DNA of 63,984 nt, the filler included, from Octopus bimaculoides (Eukaryota): assembly GCF_001194135.2 (NCBI RefSeq). It is 7 parts of 7 records of this genome, joined end to end, with 100 filler letters (N's around TTAATTAATTAA, not from the genome) between each part and the next. Parts side by side here need not be neighbours in the genome. Positions count along the whole stretch, not along the records: positions 22,539 to 53,745 come from NC_068981.1; 6 more parts are not named here. The stretch is one strand, 5' to 3'. The position numbers were made by a program, and so were the translations under genes. Positions 36,880 through 52,005 of this stretch are shown one piece after another. Numbering within the stretch: position 1 is the first letter of the stretch; each line of letters opens with the position of its first letter. The notes under the pieces were generated by a model that saw nothing but the letters and a program-made list of their open reading frames with translations, did no database searches and had not been told where the DNA came from.

Positions 36880-37950
36880 TGTGACAAACGAAGGAAGAAA
36901 TATCGAACATAATACACCCTACATCCGTTATTGTATATCTTGCCTCAAATATAGTTGAACTATAATTTTAGTCTGCATCTTAGGATTTACAGCAAGAACA
37001 CTTAATGAAGAAGAAACTAGACAAGAATAGGCATCATATTGGTAGTTACAGACGAAATCAACGTTAATTTCTTAGGACACTCAGAATTGCAGCGACATAA
37101 AGCGCTTGATAGCAGCAGACAAGTATCTAAGGTGTCAAGTGTACAATGGCTGTAAAGATCAGCGAATGGCGAACAAGATTATGGAAGACATTAATCAGAG
37201 GAAAGTAAATCTTAGCATGGTGCTGCATTGATTAATAAAACACAGAAGGTACTGGACACTCTTCACATAAAAAAACTCAAAAAATCATAAATCATTCAAA
37301 TGGAGACAACAGCGATATTACTGTACTTCAAACAGGTAGCAAAAACTAGTAACCAGTCCATAAAAAGGACTCTTTCAAGGAGACATATTTTGCATGCTGC
37401 TGTTCTGTATAAAGCTCAATGAAATCACTAATTGACAGAGACACTTCATGTAAATGGGAAAAATTATTTATAGGGACTGTTTGGAAAACCAACCAAAACA
37501 TTTGGCATAAATCAAACCGAAACGTAAATTGAGTGGGCGATTAGACGAAAGTACGAAAGCTATCATAGAATGTAATGAGTTCATTAAAACTGAATTTCAA
37601 ATTAGAAAGAAAAACTGAAATTAAAAAATCGTTACGATCGCCATTGCAATTATTTAGCATTAGATGAAGCTAGCAGAATATAGGACAGAATACTAAAGGA
37701 GTAAATTAGAAAAGAACTGTTTAGAAAATGAGAGGGTAAATTAGAATAAATTAGACAAAAAGGAAATAGTTAGTTGGAAAAGAGCTATGGGAAGCGTCTG
37801 TTAAAACGAAATTAAGTGCTAAAATTACGAAAAATAAAAAAATTCTGACTTAAAGAGTTTGAAGAAACATAAAAACAATACAGAAAAGGAAAAGAAAAGA
37901 AACATCCAATAACAGCACCTGAAAGATAGTATAATGTCTATGGTGCTAAA
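36880..37950 (+). mobile_element. Very old R4/Dong-like RT relic
   Basis: GCKDQRMANKIMEDINQRKVNLSM and GLFQGDIFCMLLFCI remnants. A ~90 bp piece (36880-36965) recurs at ~41040-41135. Confidence 0.6.
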
Positions 37951-40900
37951 GCAAATATTAACCAACTTCAAAGGAACACATGTGTGTCTAAATACATACA
38001 TACATACATAGACATAAAGATGACAATTTTGAAAACATACAGAAAGTGACGGTTATCTGTCTAAATATGTAAATAACAAAACACAAGGTAGATGCTAGCT
38101 ACACTGGTGTAATGATTTAGATAAGGAGAAAACAACATTGATATTCAGGAAAAAAATTGAAAACGGAAACATCAATTATCTTAAAGAGGGGTGGGGAGAA
38201 AATTACTTCACTTCCAACAATACTTGAGAGCAATTATGTGACGATCATTTTTTAAAAAACCCGCGCTAAATTTAGAAAATTTCCGATTTTACCTGCCCGG
38301 TATCAATGTCTAACCACAAGTAACTGCATGGATACAATCATAAAACGGAAGATGCTAATCTCACGCGTAGACAATGGTATCAGCATAAAGAGAGAATGAA
38401 ACTATTGACTACAACATCTTTGGCTGCCAAAGCCTAACAGGTTCAATTCGGCAGCTATGTCCACCAGGAATCGGCAGCTATGTTCCATTTTGAATGATAA
38501 GAATGATAAAACAAAAATGCTATAAACATCTACTTTACACAGTATAAAACAACAATTTGACAAAAAGCTGCAGCAATATATCTGTCAAGCCTATTGAAAC
38601 ACATTAGAATATCAAGGTGAACAGATGAGATATAATTACTGATTTACAAGAAAAAGAATCTCTGTATTCTGATAGATAAATCGATGTTTTCTCAAAATAA
38701 CATCGCTGCAAAAAAATGGGGAAAATGTAACCAAATTGGGAGGGTACTTAAATTAAGATAATCCCAATGTGGTGTTCGAAACTGAAATTGACAATGATAA
38801 TATTTTGAGCCCTAGGTTTGCATATTAAGATGAAACCAAACTAAGGTATAAAAATCATAGCAAGATTTGGCTCTATATATTTCGAAAATATACATTTTTG
38901 CTTTATTCATGTCTCATAAAAGGCAATTCTTATCCAAAGCACTTTGTCAGTGTAGTGTACTACCGGGAACCGTTCATTCACTGAACCTCAGGCGTAACAT
39001 ATACCCTTTATTGCCCAAGAAAATGGAATATTTCGCACAACGAATGTGAAACAGAAAATGACGCATCTCACATATATATAAATATATATATATATATTAT
39101 TTTCAAAAATATCAAAAATATCAAAAATATCAAAAAACACATTAAAGCAAAACCGATGTTGAATACAAGCATAATTGTACACTCCCATTTAAAGGGAAAA
39201 TGTCCCATTCCTTTCAGGCACAGAGAGATGTACCTGATGACACAATATTATCTCATATAAAACTATTGAAAATAAGATAAGGTTAAAATTACTTGAATAT
39301 TAATATTTCTTTACGCATTTATTTATTTATTCATTTATTTATTTATTTATTTATTTATTTATGATACTGCTGCAAATATTGTAGGTAGCTTGTTAAGGCC
39401 TAATCAAATTGCTTTGAACAAGAACACATTTGACCCGATTAACGCTTCTGATTATTCCTTTCTTGTGAAATGGACACAATGAGCTTGTTAGAAGTTCAAT
39501 TGTATACCAACATACTCTCTGTATTATGAAGGGTTCGAGGCGATATGATTGGAGACTGATGAAGCCGAAGCATGCGCTGAATCTATGGCATTTTACATTC
39601 TGAATAGTGATGATGTGTCGTCGTCGTTTGACCTTTTGTTAATAATTTGTTTCGATATCTCTTTACTTTGATTGAGTTACTGTATTTAACTACGAATAGA
39701 AAAAAATAGTGTATTTGCTTAGCCTTTCGATTATTGCCAGACACATATCTTTGACAAATAAACAAATCAACCCCCTGAAACTCAGACGTTTTATACTATA
39801 AATGTTACAGGAAAGGCATAATCTACAACGTACTATGTGATAGTCTGGGTATCATTGAGGATTATGTAAGCTTTAATTTGCGGAGTAGACTAAAGTCTGG
39901 GTGTTGCAGTCAGTTATTAAAATTGATGGCAAGCATGCCATGGTAAGTTGCCTCTCGGAGATATTTACTACTGTACAATAGTGTCGTCGACCACAAGTGT
40001 CAGTATTGCAATAAGTATCCCAATAAATATAAAAGCTGATACGTATATATATGCAGAACAAAACGTGGTCAGCGGATTTTTTTTCTTTTTTGCCAAAGGA
40101 GAGTAAACGATTTTTATCTGGATTTATCTGCGGTGGAACAGGAAATGTGATGGACACGAATAAAATGGCCGTTTTAGACTTTTCTTTCTCGGCCTGATAA
40201 ATTTTGAAGTGAAAGGTGTTGGTGGCGAAGTGAAAAGTTCAAGTGAATTTGCTGGAAATTGAGTAAAACTGCTATATCATGTTTGGCAGAACGTATATTT
40301 TCTAACTGTACGATTTGTTAGTTCAGTGAGAAAAGCTCGAAGCAAGCACTACGTAGTCGGGCCAACTCCCAGTAATTATGGATATCATTGATTGGCTCCA
40401 TGTAACTGACTTCTCTTTATCTGCTTCATTCACATACACGAACACATATGTATGTATGCATGTTTTGTATGTATGTATGTATGTATGTATGTACGTATGT
40501 ATGTATGTGTACACATACATACATAATGTATGCATGCTTGTACGTTCGTATTTTAGTCATTTTATATATTGATATTATTTCTTCATTCGATATATCACTT
40601 CCCCAGTTTTTGGCTTTAATATCCTCCACCTCGTTTATTTTACGGCAAATAAAGACATCATTATTAGAATTGTTATTGTTACTATCTAAGTAAATACGGG
40701 ATGGTTTAGTTTAATCATTCAAATCAGTAATACACTGTAAGCGAACGAAATTCTCATTAAATATACAATACTTACAGTGTTACGTAGACTGACCACCATC
40801 TACTCCAACCCACCATCGCTACTAATTTACAGCAAACTATGACGTAAATATCCAGGTCTTTGAAATAGTACGGTACCATTTATCACCATCTGAAATGCTG

Positions 40901-41399
40901 ATATTTTCACCAGTCATCAGACAGTTTAATTGCTCTGAATACTGTGACTCCCAGCTAATAGTTTGAAGGAAACGGAACAAAACTTGAAGAACGGAAGAAG
41001 TATAAGAAAAATTAAGAATTATAGAAAAATCTGACGTAAACAGAAACGAATATACAAACAAAGGAAGTAATATCCAAATAATATATTCTACATCCGTTAT
41101 TGTATAACTTGATTCAAATATAGTTCCATTGAACTTTACGAAATTTCTTACCAACTGTCTTCATCTCATCATGTTATGGAGAAAGTACGTCTGCTTTTAC
41201 ATCCGGGTAAACAGCGTAACAGGAAATGTCGTCTATGTTTACAAATATTGTTACACAAGTTGAATTTTATTCGGCGAAATGCAGGAAAACCAGACATTAC
41301 TCGAAACAATTTTGGTTAGGTTAAACCTTTTTTTTTTTACATTGGGACTTCGAAGTTATTCAGTAGTGGAGGTATTTATATAATAAATATTTCTTGATG

Positions 41400-42400
41400 T
41401 AGGTATAACACCAGAAATTTGGTAGGATATAGTAGAATACATCATATCACAAGTAAATTAACTTTAGTAAATTTCTTCGATCTGGGAGTGTTATATCATT
41501 GAGTGTTTCATTTTTTACCTCATTAGCGGATTTCCTACCTCAACAATTTGATGTAAAACAATTAGAATCAGAATTTCTCATTCTCCTTTTAGTCCAGGTT
41601 TTTCTCATTGCACTATTGGCGCTTTACAGCCATATATTTTTCACCAGCCTTTTAGTTCCTCTAAGAATACTATTATCTAACTGAATAACCCTCCAGTCTT
41701 AGGGTAATATGATAAAATTTATGCATCACGATGGGTGAGCATGTTATAAGTTAATATTTTTGTGGGAAGGAAATAATGGTATTGGGTTTTCCTATGCCAG
41801 AAGCAAATCATATCTTCATTGTAACCTGTTTACCGCTTCATCAAATGCTGCTTCTGTACAACCATGACTATGAGCCGGGTGTTACAGTCAGAAATTGAAA
41901 CTTTTACCAACCCAATGTACTTTCCTATTGCTAGCAATTCTGAACATATTGATCAGCACGTTACAAGTCATTATGTACCATACTCGAGGTGCTCTATTCT
42001 TTTTACATAGTGTATTCTACTACACAGTACATTTTTATTCTGCATATTAGAACTGATCCGTGGTTAGCATTCAGATTTATATTGTTGATACACCTTGCAG
42101 TTTTAAAAGACATAGCCGGTGTTTGTAGAATCTGTCAATATTTTGTGGAAATGCTTTATTGAATTAAATGTTTTTACGCATTTTTAATTACCTTATATTG
42201 TCTACTTAAGCGAGGTTTTGTTAATTTCTTTTCGCATCCAACGTAACTTTTATTCTTGCTTGATATTGTAAAACATTTTCAGGAGCCTTTTACATGTTAT
42301 TTATCCTTTTTCAGGGACTAACCTATGTGCCTTTCTGTATACTTTAGAGTTGCTCATAAACCATTGCATCACTGGGGCTGCTCTTTGTATTTGTTTCTAT
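41400..42400 (-). mobile_element. Possible highly degenerate Penelope-like RT relic
   Basis: Faint remnants ARCINNI (RYIDDI-like), RK-TQYHYF...LTHR and LRLEGYS; many stops. Confidence 0.3.
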
Positions 42401-42741
42401 TTTTTCGCTGAACCAATAATTTTATACTATTCAGTAGTGGAGGTATTTATATAATAAATTTGTTTCTTTTCGTTGAACCAATCATTTTATACTCGTCGTG
42501 TAGTTTACAATATGCGTATAGTTTCCTATATTTTGATATATAAAGCCATAATGCTCTCGATGGTCCAAAGGTTTGATTCAAATAACAGTTATGTTTCAGC
42601 AACAGCCTTAGATCTTCAATTTGCCTTCTAACATTATACACAAACATATGTGTGTGTGAGTGTTTCTGTCTGTGTGTCTGTGTGAATGTCAGTGCGTGTG
42701 TGCGCGTGTGAGTGTGTGCGTGTATGTTTGTGTTTGCGTGC

Positions 42742-42791
<50 letters not shown>

Positions 42792-43325
42792 NNNNNNNNN
42801 NNNNNNNNNNNNNNNNNNNNNNNNNNNNNNNNNNNNNNNNNNNNNNNNNNNNNNNNNNNNNNNNNNNNNNNNNNNNNNNNNNNNNNNNNNNNNNNNNNNN
42901 NNNNNNNNNNNNNNNNNNNNNNNNNNNNNNNNNNNNNNNNNNNNNNNNNNNNNNNNNNNNNNNNNNNNNNNNNNNNNNNNNNNNNNNNNNNNNNNNNNNN
43001 NNNNNNNNNNNNNNNNNNNNNNNNNNNNNNNNNNNNNNNNNNNNNNNNNNNNNNNNNNNNNNNNNNNNNNNNNNNNNNNNNNNNNNNNNNNNNNNNNNNN
43101 NNNNNNNNNNNNNNNNNNNNNNNNNNNNNNNNNNNNNNNNNNNNNNNNNNNNNNNNNNNNNNNNNNNNNNNNNNNNNNNNNNNNNNNNNNNNNNNNTATA
43201 CATACACATGCATACACATTCATATTTACGTAAACACACACACACATATATGCATACATACATTTATGTTCGTATATGGATATATGTATATACGTGTTTG
43301 CATGAATGCTTTTAAAAGCCTCGTG

Positions 43326-43368
<43 letters not shown>

Positions 43369-43935
43369 GTATGTAATTGCTCACAAACTTGCACACAGTC
43401 ATGCATACATTTACATTCATATATGATAGCAATTACAATAGACTGAATCCAACAAATAAGTTTTTATTCCCATTATGACTGTTTACCAATTAGCTTCCAT
43501 TTTTACAAAATAAAATTTGAAAATAATTATAATAATAATAATAATAATAATAATAGCAACAACAACACCAATAATAATAGCTATAATTGGAATCATTATG
43601 ACAAAGGAATACTAAACAAAAAATTGAAAATCTCACAAGAAGTAAATTTTCTAAAAATGTTGCCGGTTTCTCTCTATGTTTAATACGTTCAGATTATAAT
43701 TTAATTTCTGATAAAATCCATTCAATTTCTGAATTATTTCAGAAGTTAAAGATTAATGTCCATTTATATATAACCTTGGTCATTTTACTCTTTTGATTTG
43801 AATACACAAATAAATACACATATATACAAACACATACACACAGTCATACACTCACGTATCACACACACATATATGTTTGCCTTTATACAGTGACACATAG
43901 ATAGATACATCCATATATCTGTGTGTGTGTGTATA

Positions 43936-43974
<39 letters not shown>

Positions 43975-44287
43975 GTGTGCTGTGTGTCTGTGTACATACC
44001 TCCATTTCTGTGTGTGCTTGATTTTATATGGCAATAAATGTATGCATATGAACACATATTTTTTTTTATCTGAAATATATTAAGTTACTCGTTATCGACA
44101 AAGTTCAGTATGGAATTACTTACGATCTCATGCATTCGTACATACGCATACTCTCATACAGATAGTCATAAGCACAGAAAAACCTAATTATTCATAGTTA
44201 GATTTCAAGTGCTCACTATATTAAATATATTCACATTAACGTGATAGACGTGTTTATGTAGATACATAAATACATACATACATACAT

Positions 44288-44346
<59 letters not shown>

Positions 44347-44675
44347 NNNNNNNNNNNNNNNNNNNNNNNNNNNNNNNNNNNNNNNNNNNNNNNNNNNNNN
44401 NNNNNNNNNNNNNNNNNNNNNNNNNNNNNNNNNNNNNNNNNNNNNNNNNNNNNNNNNNNNNNNNNNNNNNNNNNNNNNNNNNNNNNNNNNNNNNNNNNNN
44501 NNNNNNNNNNNNNNNNNNNNNNNNNNNNNNNNNNNNNNNNNNNNNNNNNNNNNNNNNNNNNNNNNNNNNNNNNNNNNNNNNNNNNNNNNNNNNNNNNNNN
44601 NNNNNNNNNNNNNNNNNNNNNNNNNNNNNNNNNNNNNNNNNNNNNNNNNNNNNNNNNNNNNNNNNNNNNNNNNNN

Positions 44676-44710
<35 letters not shown>

Positions 44711-45224
44711 TATATGTACATACCTATGTACATGCATACATACGTTCGTACGTAAATGTCAGCGTATATGTATGTGTGCATACATAGAGTTTTAGTGAAA
44801 CAATTATAAGAAACAAAAATCAATACAATTGATAACCTACCAGATATGTTAATGGGGCTTTGGTTTCATGCTGTTTAACTCATTCAATAAGATCAAAGTA
44901 TTTTATTGTCTTTCAGACGGTATTAGATTATGTCTCCGGAAGACATCTAATGTGGCATAGTGACCAGGTCGAATGTAGTTCCCAGGTCAGCTGTAGTTAC
45001 CAACATATTCTACACAGCCTTGAGCAACACTAATTGCGTTTTGCATAAATTCCAATATAATTTGGTGCTCATTAGACACCTAGTTGGCGTACTATCGAAG
45101 TAAACGAGAAAGCACCTTCGTCATAGCTTGCATTTTTGGATCCATAGAATAGAATGCTTATGTACATGGCTCAATGATTGCCGGTTCCGTTGATTTTCGA
45201 ACATACGATTATACTATTGTAGAA

Positions 45225-45286
45225 GTCTTAATGGTCTTAAGGTAGGAACTATAGAGTCTTAATGGTCTTAAGGTAGGAACTATAGA
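45225..45286. repeat. Perfect 31-bp tandem duplication
   Basis: gtcttaatggtcttaaggtaggaactataga x2. Confidence 0.95.
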
Positions 45287-46883
45287 ATCGCACATCTCTT
45301 TCAACAAAACATAAATGTCAACGTGCACCACATAAAGGAGATGATCCTGTACAACATGAGAGCTACTGCTAAAAAGCGTGTGAAAATTCATCTATATTTT
45401 AGGCACTACAACAGGAGGTTCTGTTGGAAGTGCAAAAACACCAAGCTAGATCTACTAAAATACTGAACGAAAACTTGATTCTTTTACAGCAGCGTTTGTT
45501 GAAGCGTGTAATACAGTAATAGAAGCGCTCAAGATAAAATAACTGTCAAAATACATACGCTATAGTAAACAGCTCTCTACTAATGCACAAACAAGCTAGT
45601 ATTGTAAGGAAATGCAGTTCACTGACAATTTCTGGTTTCTTTACTTCAAAATGCATTTTGGTAACATAGCTACGTAACATCGAGCTTCGGAACAAACCCT
45701 TATTCAACCATGATGCAACAGATAGACTGTAGCATCAAATCGGATCATTTACGAAGGATGAGGCGACAGGTGTCCTAACAATTACTATTTAAAATGCAAG
45801 CGGTCCCTTCACGATATTGACATTTATTCCACTACCAATGAAAAATGATATCCACCTGTAGTAGAACGTCATAAGAAAAGTGCCTTTCACATCTTTCCTA
45901 CAATGAGCTACTACAAATAGGAGATTTTTAATAAAATTGTGTCTCGTAGCGATCACATTCTAGTACAGAAACAAGGCGGCTGACACAAAGGTAAAATACG
46001 TATGTATGAATATATGAAGCTATATAGGTATGTATGTATGTATATATGTATGTATACATTTTTGTGACCGTGTGTGCCTATGGATGTATAACTGAATGGA
46101 AGTAATAAAGACTACACTGTGTGATGTTTAAATTCCTATGAATATTCCTTGTTTCTAGAAACAACGTTTCTATCCATCTGAGGAGAGATTCAGAAAATAG
46201 AAATCAGTGCAAACATGCATACGTGCACTTACACACACAGATAGAAACATACGTATGTATATATATATATATATATATGCATATCTGCGCGTGTATGTAT
46301 GAATGTACGTATGCACTCTACAGCTTTGTCTTTCGTTTCGAAGGCAAATGCACAATAGAAGATAATGTATACACACAAAAATGCATACAAAAGAGAATTA
46401 TGTAGAGCCCTAACCATACTTATGATTATATACGCATGTACAGACATCCCTATATGTAGGAATACATGCATANNNNNNNNNNNNNNNNNNNNNNNNNNNN
46501 NNNNNNNNNNNNNNNNNNNNNNNNNNNNNNNNNNNNNNNNNNNNNNNNNNNNNNNNNNNNNNNNNNNNNNNNNNNNNNNNNNNNNNNNNNNNNNNNNNNN
46601 NNNNNNNNNNNNNNNNNNNNNNNNNNNNNNNNNNNNNNNNNNNNNNNNNNNNNNNNNNNNNNNNNNNNNNNNNNNNNNNNNNNNNNNNNNNNNNNNNNNN
46701 NNNNNNNNNNNNNNNNNNNNNNNNNNNNNNNNNNNNNNNNNNNNNNNNNNNNNNNNNNNNNNNNNNNNNNNNNNNNNNNNNNNNNNNNNNNNNNNNNNNN
46801 NNNNNNNNNNNNNNNNNNNNNNATATATATATATATATATTCATTCATACATACATACATACATACATGCATACATACATACA

Positions 46884-46914
<31 letters not shown>

Positions 46915-47634
46915 CTGAGTGCAGAGATGATACTTATATTTTGCTCTTCTGCTAGTTGTAGAAGATTTTCTATTTTCTATTTTGAGTTTACGCGCTTGTT
47001 TTCCTGTACGCCAACCAGTGAATACATATATGTATACATTTTAGTTATTTATATATTTTTGAGAAAAACAAAAAATGCAAGAACTGGGATTAGGATAAAG
47101 TACTAAAAATATTGCATTTTTGAAAGTTCATTTCAGGATTATCAAAAGGTTCCCAAACAGCTACATACGTGTTTATGGATTTCACCTTTATCTCTAGAGC
47201 TTCACAAATTTTTCATAATTTCTCTAATATAATTATTTTATGTACACAGCAAGGCTTTTCTTTCTTATACTAACATCTCTGATCGAATTTTTGTTCGCAG
47301 CAAGGAAGCTTTAATGTCCGACGTCATTACAATTGAACTGGTTTCATACTCGTAAATATTGGATGGAACAATGAGAGAGCATTGTTCTGTCGAGTATTTA
47401 CTGGCATCAACTATATATGTTGTTGACTTAAAGGCGTTAGTTAATTCTTAAATAAACTTTGAATAAAAACAACATATTTTCCCATACACGATACATATAA
47501 ACGTAATTAAAATATGTTTTTTCTGCAACTCGAAGAAAAGCAAACTGATGCGCATACATGAGTGTATCTCCAAAAACGTATATACGCACTTTCACAAGTG
47601 TTATGCTTATATATGTGTATGTGTGTGTAGAGGG

Positions 47635-47639
47635 AGAGG

Positions 47640-47691
<52 letters not shown>

Positions 47692-47814
47692 TACGGGCAG
47701 GCAGATAGATAGATAGGTAGATCGATAGACAGACATACAGACAGACAGACAGACAGACAGATAGATAGACTGATAGATAGCTAGATACATAGATAGATAG
47801 AAAGATAGATAGAC

Positions 47815-47873
<59 letters not shown>

Positions 47874-47874
47874 C

Positions 47875-47932
<58 letters not shown>

Positions 47933-47960
47933 ACAGACAAATAAATAGACTGGAAGATGG
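47635..47960. repeat. Compound (GA)/(GACA)/(GATA) microsatellite
   Basis: Directly visible; source of the IYLS ORFs. Confidence 0.95.
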
Positions 47961-50900
47961 NNNNNNNNNNNNNNNNNNNNNNNNNNNNNNNNNNNNNNNN
48001 NNNNNNNNNNNNNNNNNNNNNNNNNNNNNNNNNNNNNNNNNNNNNNNNNNNNNNNNNNNNNNNNNNNNNNNNNNNNNNNNNNNNNNNNNNNNNNNNNNNN
48101 NNNNNNNNNNNNNNNNNNNNNNNNNNNNNNNNNNNNNNNNNNNNNNNNNNNNNNNNNNNNNNNNNNNNNNNNNNNNNNNNNNNNNNNNNNNNNNNNNNNN
48201 NNNNNNNNNNNNNNNNNNNNNNNNNNNNNNNNNNNNNNNNNNNNNNNNNNNNNNNNNNNNNNNNNNNNNNNNNNNNNNNNNNNNNNNNNNNNNNNNNNNN
48301 NNNNNNNNNNNNNNNNNNNNNNNNNNNNNNNNNNNNNNNNNNNNNNNNNNNNNNNNNNNNNNNNNNNNNNNNNNNNNNNNNNNNNNNNNNNNNNNNNNNN
48401 NNNNNNNNNNNNNNNNNNNNNNNNNNNNNNNNNNNNNNNNNNNNNNNNNNNNNNNNNNNNNNNNNNNNNNNNNNNNNNNNNNNNNNNNNNNNNNNNNNNN
48501 NNNNNNNNNNNNNNNNNNNNNNNNNNNNNNNNNNNNNNNNNNNNNNNNNNNNNNNNNNNNNNNNNNNNNNNNNNNNNNNNNNNNNNNNNNNNNNNNNNNN
48601 NNNNNNNNNNNNNNNNNNNNNNNNNNNNNNNNNNNNNNNNNNNNNNNNNNNNNNNNNNNNNNNNNNNNNNNNNNNNNNNNNNNNNNNNNNNNNNNNNNNN
48701 NNNNNNNNNNNNNNNNNNNNNNNNNNNNNNNNNNNNNNNNNNNNNNNNNNNNNNNNNNNNNNNNNNNNNNNNNNNNNNNNNNNNNNTATATATATATATG
48801 TATGTGTGTGTGTATGTGTGTGTGTGTATAAATAAACCTACATGTGAGTGTGTGCGCGCATGCATGCGTCAGTGTGTGCTTGTATGTGTGTGTGTGGGTG
48901 TTAAGGTGTATGTGTATGTTCGTGCGTTTCTCTGTGATCCTAGTTTACATCAGGTAACCGTTCAGTGGACTCAGGGTTATGAGGTAATATTAAAACCCCC
49001 AAAACCTAAACACATCAGTTATATTTTTTTAAGTGTTCAATATATACTATATAGCTTATGCGCCTAAAATACACAACATCTTTGTACCATTCCATAATCA
49101 TTTATCTTTACTACGGGGAAACATTTGCGGGCGTCAACCTTCAAATTTTTCTTAACACACTATTGCTATATATTAAACCACACGTGATGTACATATACAA
49201 ATTGAAATGAGATTTACAACAGTTGTTGACAAAAAGAAAAATCTTTGTGGGAAAATACACTCAACGAATACTATTTGTTCAATTGTTAGAATGTCGTGAG
49301 ACAACCTGCAGGTCGTATTAGATGAAGGTTAAATTCATCAAATGCGCCTCGTACCAAATTAGCATTATGTACTGACACATCTATTCAAGACGAATAATAC
49401 CGTGTTAATGAATATCTATCATGGAATAATGCTTCACTAAAAGGATGTCGAAATTTTCTCGCTCATTACAGCATATTACTGACACTGTAGAAGACAAGCA
49501 GTAAAGAAAATTCATACATCTTGCCTAACGATGATAAAATAACTAAGTTGTAAAGTGCCTGATGAAATTTAGATCTATATCAAATCATGCATTTGATATA
49601 CAGCTTAAGATGGAGATTGTACTGTATAATCCTTTTATTTTTCATGTAGTAATCTCTTCGAAAATATCATAGTTTAAAACATAACCAAATGGTAGCGTAT
49701 TAGGATTCAAAAATAGATGGTCTAGGAAATCACATGATCTAACAGAAATGTGAACCAAATTTCCTAGGAATTACATCTTCTGTGATATGGATTGGTAGGT
49801 CACGACTCGAAAGACTACGACCATTGGTAGTCGATCAAAGCCGACTCGTAGCAAAACAAGAAAAGACAATGAAACATATGGATTATTACTGAGATGGAAT
49901 AAAGATTTCTAAAACATTTTCAGCCAGTTAACCAATGTATATTCTTGTCGAAGTTTATAGGCGTGTGAATTTGCTTTAATTTTATAGAATTTGAGGTCAG
50001 GAATTATTAATTTGATATTGGTAGGATGTGAACGCGGGGCATAGAGAGATGAAACGAGATGTTGCATTACATTTGGTCAATATTCTAAATCTGTCTGCCA
50101 CTACTGAATTTGAGTTTAACTGAAGCAAGAAACATAATTTATGAAAATAATCGTCTCACAGACTAAATTTAGAGTGGAATTGACCATTATTCGTAGCATA
50201 TGTATATGGGAGTAGAAGACATCTTACTCCATATTTCTTTCTTTCAAATTACATAGTATTTTCTTAGCCCTTCCCCCAAACTATATTTATCCTAAACTTA
50301 CTTGCACTCCAGCCAACATGTTTTGAAGATATCCTAAAAGAAATGGCATAAGAATCAAATTACGGTTACTTATCATCAAAGGCAGACATTTGAAACGTCC
50401 TTATCTTCGGAATGGCGAACAGAGTAGTGTGTGCTATAAAAGATTTCTGCCATATGCCTTGGGAAGATACCTACTCAATAAAAACCTCTTAAACATTTGA
50501 AATGTTTGCTGCTTCAAATGTGGTCAGAAATGTCAGTTCTCTAACTTTAGTATCGCTCGCAGACATAACCTAAACAGAAAATAAAACTTCATGTCCAACC
50601 GAATGTCTGGTTTTGACAATTAAGAGTTCTATCTTATACATATTGAGGTGATAAATTATCGGCAAAACTCTGATAGAGCATCGGTTATCTCATTGCAGCT
50701 TTCTCACTTACTAAATAATTCGTCCATACTATTGAACATCGCCATGTATTTAAAGTCAAAATGAATGAGCTTTTGTGATGTTCATACTTTTCTAACTGCC
50801 ACTTATCGTGAACAAAGGTAATTGACTATAAATCGGAAATGTAACAAGTTTCCATTCCCCGCGCATAACAAAACTATAACTCCATGTACGATGCACTTCA

Positions 50901-51777
50901 ATCATTTATTAAAATTAACAAATAACCATAATGTCATAATTATAATCCCTCATCTTCCATGACTTGTAGCGTCACCTATAGATTTCTCTTATTGTTTTTC
51001 GCATAATTTATTTTAACAATTTGAATTGTTTCTTTTAAAGTAATTTTCATTTGTGACACCTCTATATACAATGACGGTGAAATGAAAAGGAGATGATGAT
51101 CGTGCGAAGCTTCTAATGATGCATTGTATTTCTTGGTTAAATCAAATTGTTTTATATGATTCATATTGTTAGGCATTTAAAAAAAAAACATAGATGGATG
51201 TTAGAAATTTATACCAACGTGTATGTTTTCATATAACCTCCAAATGATATGTACGAGTTCCTACTCAAAATGCAAGCATATTATTGGATGTAGGTAAATA
51301 ATAAGGACTTTTCCAAATGTATGACAAAGTATATCTGTTAGCGTATAAAAATTACAGCTTATACACATTTCTGTATAAGTTGAAGTCCATTGTGGGAAAT
51401 GTTTTATTAATTTCTTCAAGAATACGTAGATACGTAATAGCCCATATGTCAACAATGTTACAAGGAGCTATGGCGATGTAGAATAAACCTGTTTATTAGA
51501 ATCTTTACCAGTATCAGTTTGTCTCATGTGCACAAGTTATATATTAAGGTGTTCTAGAGAACTAATGAGAATAGATTTAATCCATATAAATAAGCGTGAA
51601 CGATATTATAATATCAGCTACTGTGTGTGAAACTATTTTTCCATTATGTAAAGTTCGTGTTTTTCCTAGTATTAGTGTTAATTTTGTTTCAAATAAACAA
51701 TGTGCTTTCCTGAACTGTTTTAACATTTTCAAGAGTGACATTTATTTATTTCAAAGTAATACAAAGCTATAATCCTT

Positions 51778-52005
51778 TTCAATACACTTGTTGTAGCTGT
51801 CCAGCCACATCCTGAAAGACAAAATGGGGGCCCATTAAACCGATGATGCCCAGGACCCTTTTCACAACCTCCTTCAGCTTCTCAGTGTCTTCAAGATGAG
51901 TGCCCTGTTGTACTACTTTAATTTGAGAAATAAATTAATGTTACAGGGAACAAGAACGAGACGGTAGGGAAGGTGAAGGGAAATTCTGATGCCCATGTTT
52001 GTGAA
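51778..52005 (-). mobile_element. Mariner transposase C-terminal relic
   Basis: HLPYRLVLVPCNINLFLKLK (HPPYSPDLAPCDF.LF.KLK-like)...EDTEKLKEVV...WLDSYNKCIE. Confidence 0.75.

Noticed and set aside
39916-39952. Plus-strand micro-exon candidate (SVIKIDGKHAM / GTAAGT) and a nearby AAAATGGCCG YY1-like motif at ~40162
   Set aside because: Weak acceptor, no partner exons and no recognisable protein; such motifs are common by chance.
45225-45286. 31-bp repeat of CRISPR-like length
   Set aside because: Two adjacent copies with no spacer, in eukaryotic DNA with no cas genes.
42447-48865. Long ORFs of 150-450 aa in the track (also 10952-11998, 17199-17819)
   Set aside because: Made of X residues from N gaps plus microsatellite-encoded IY/CV/HT/IYLS repeats.
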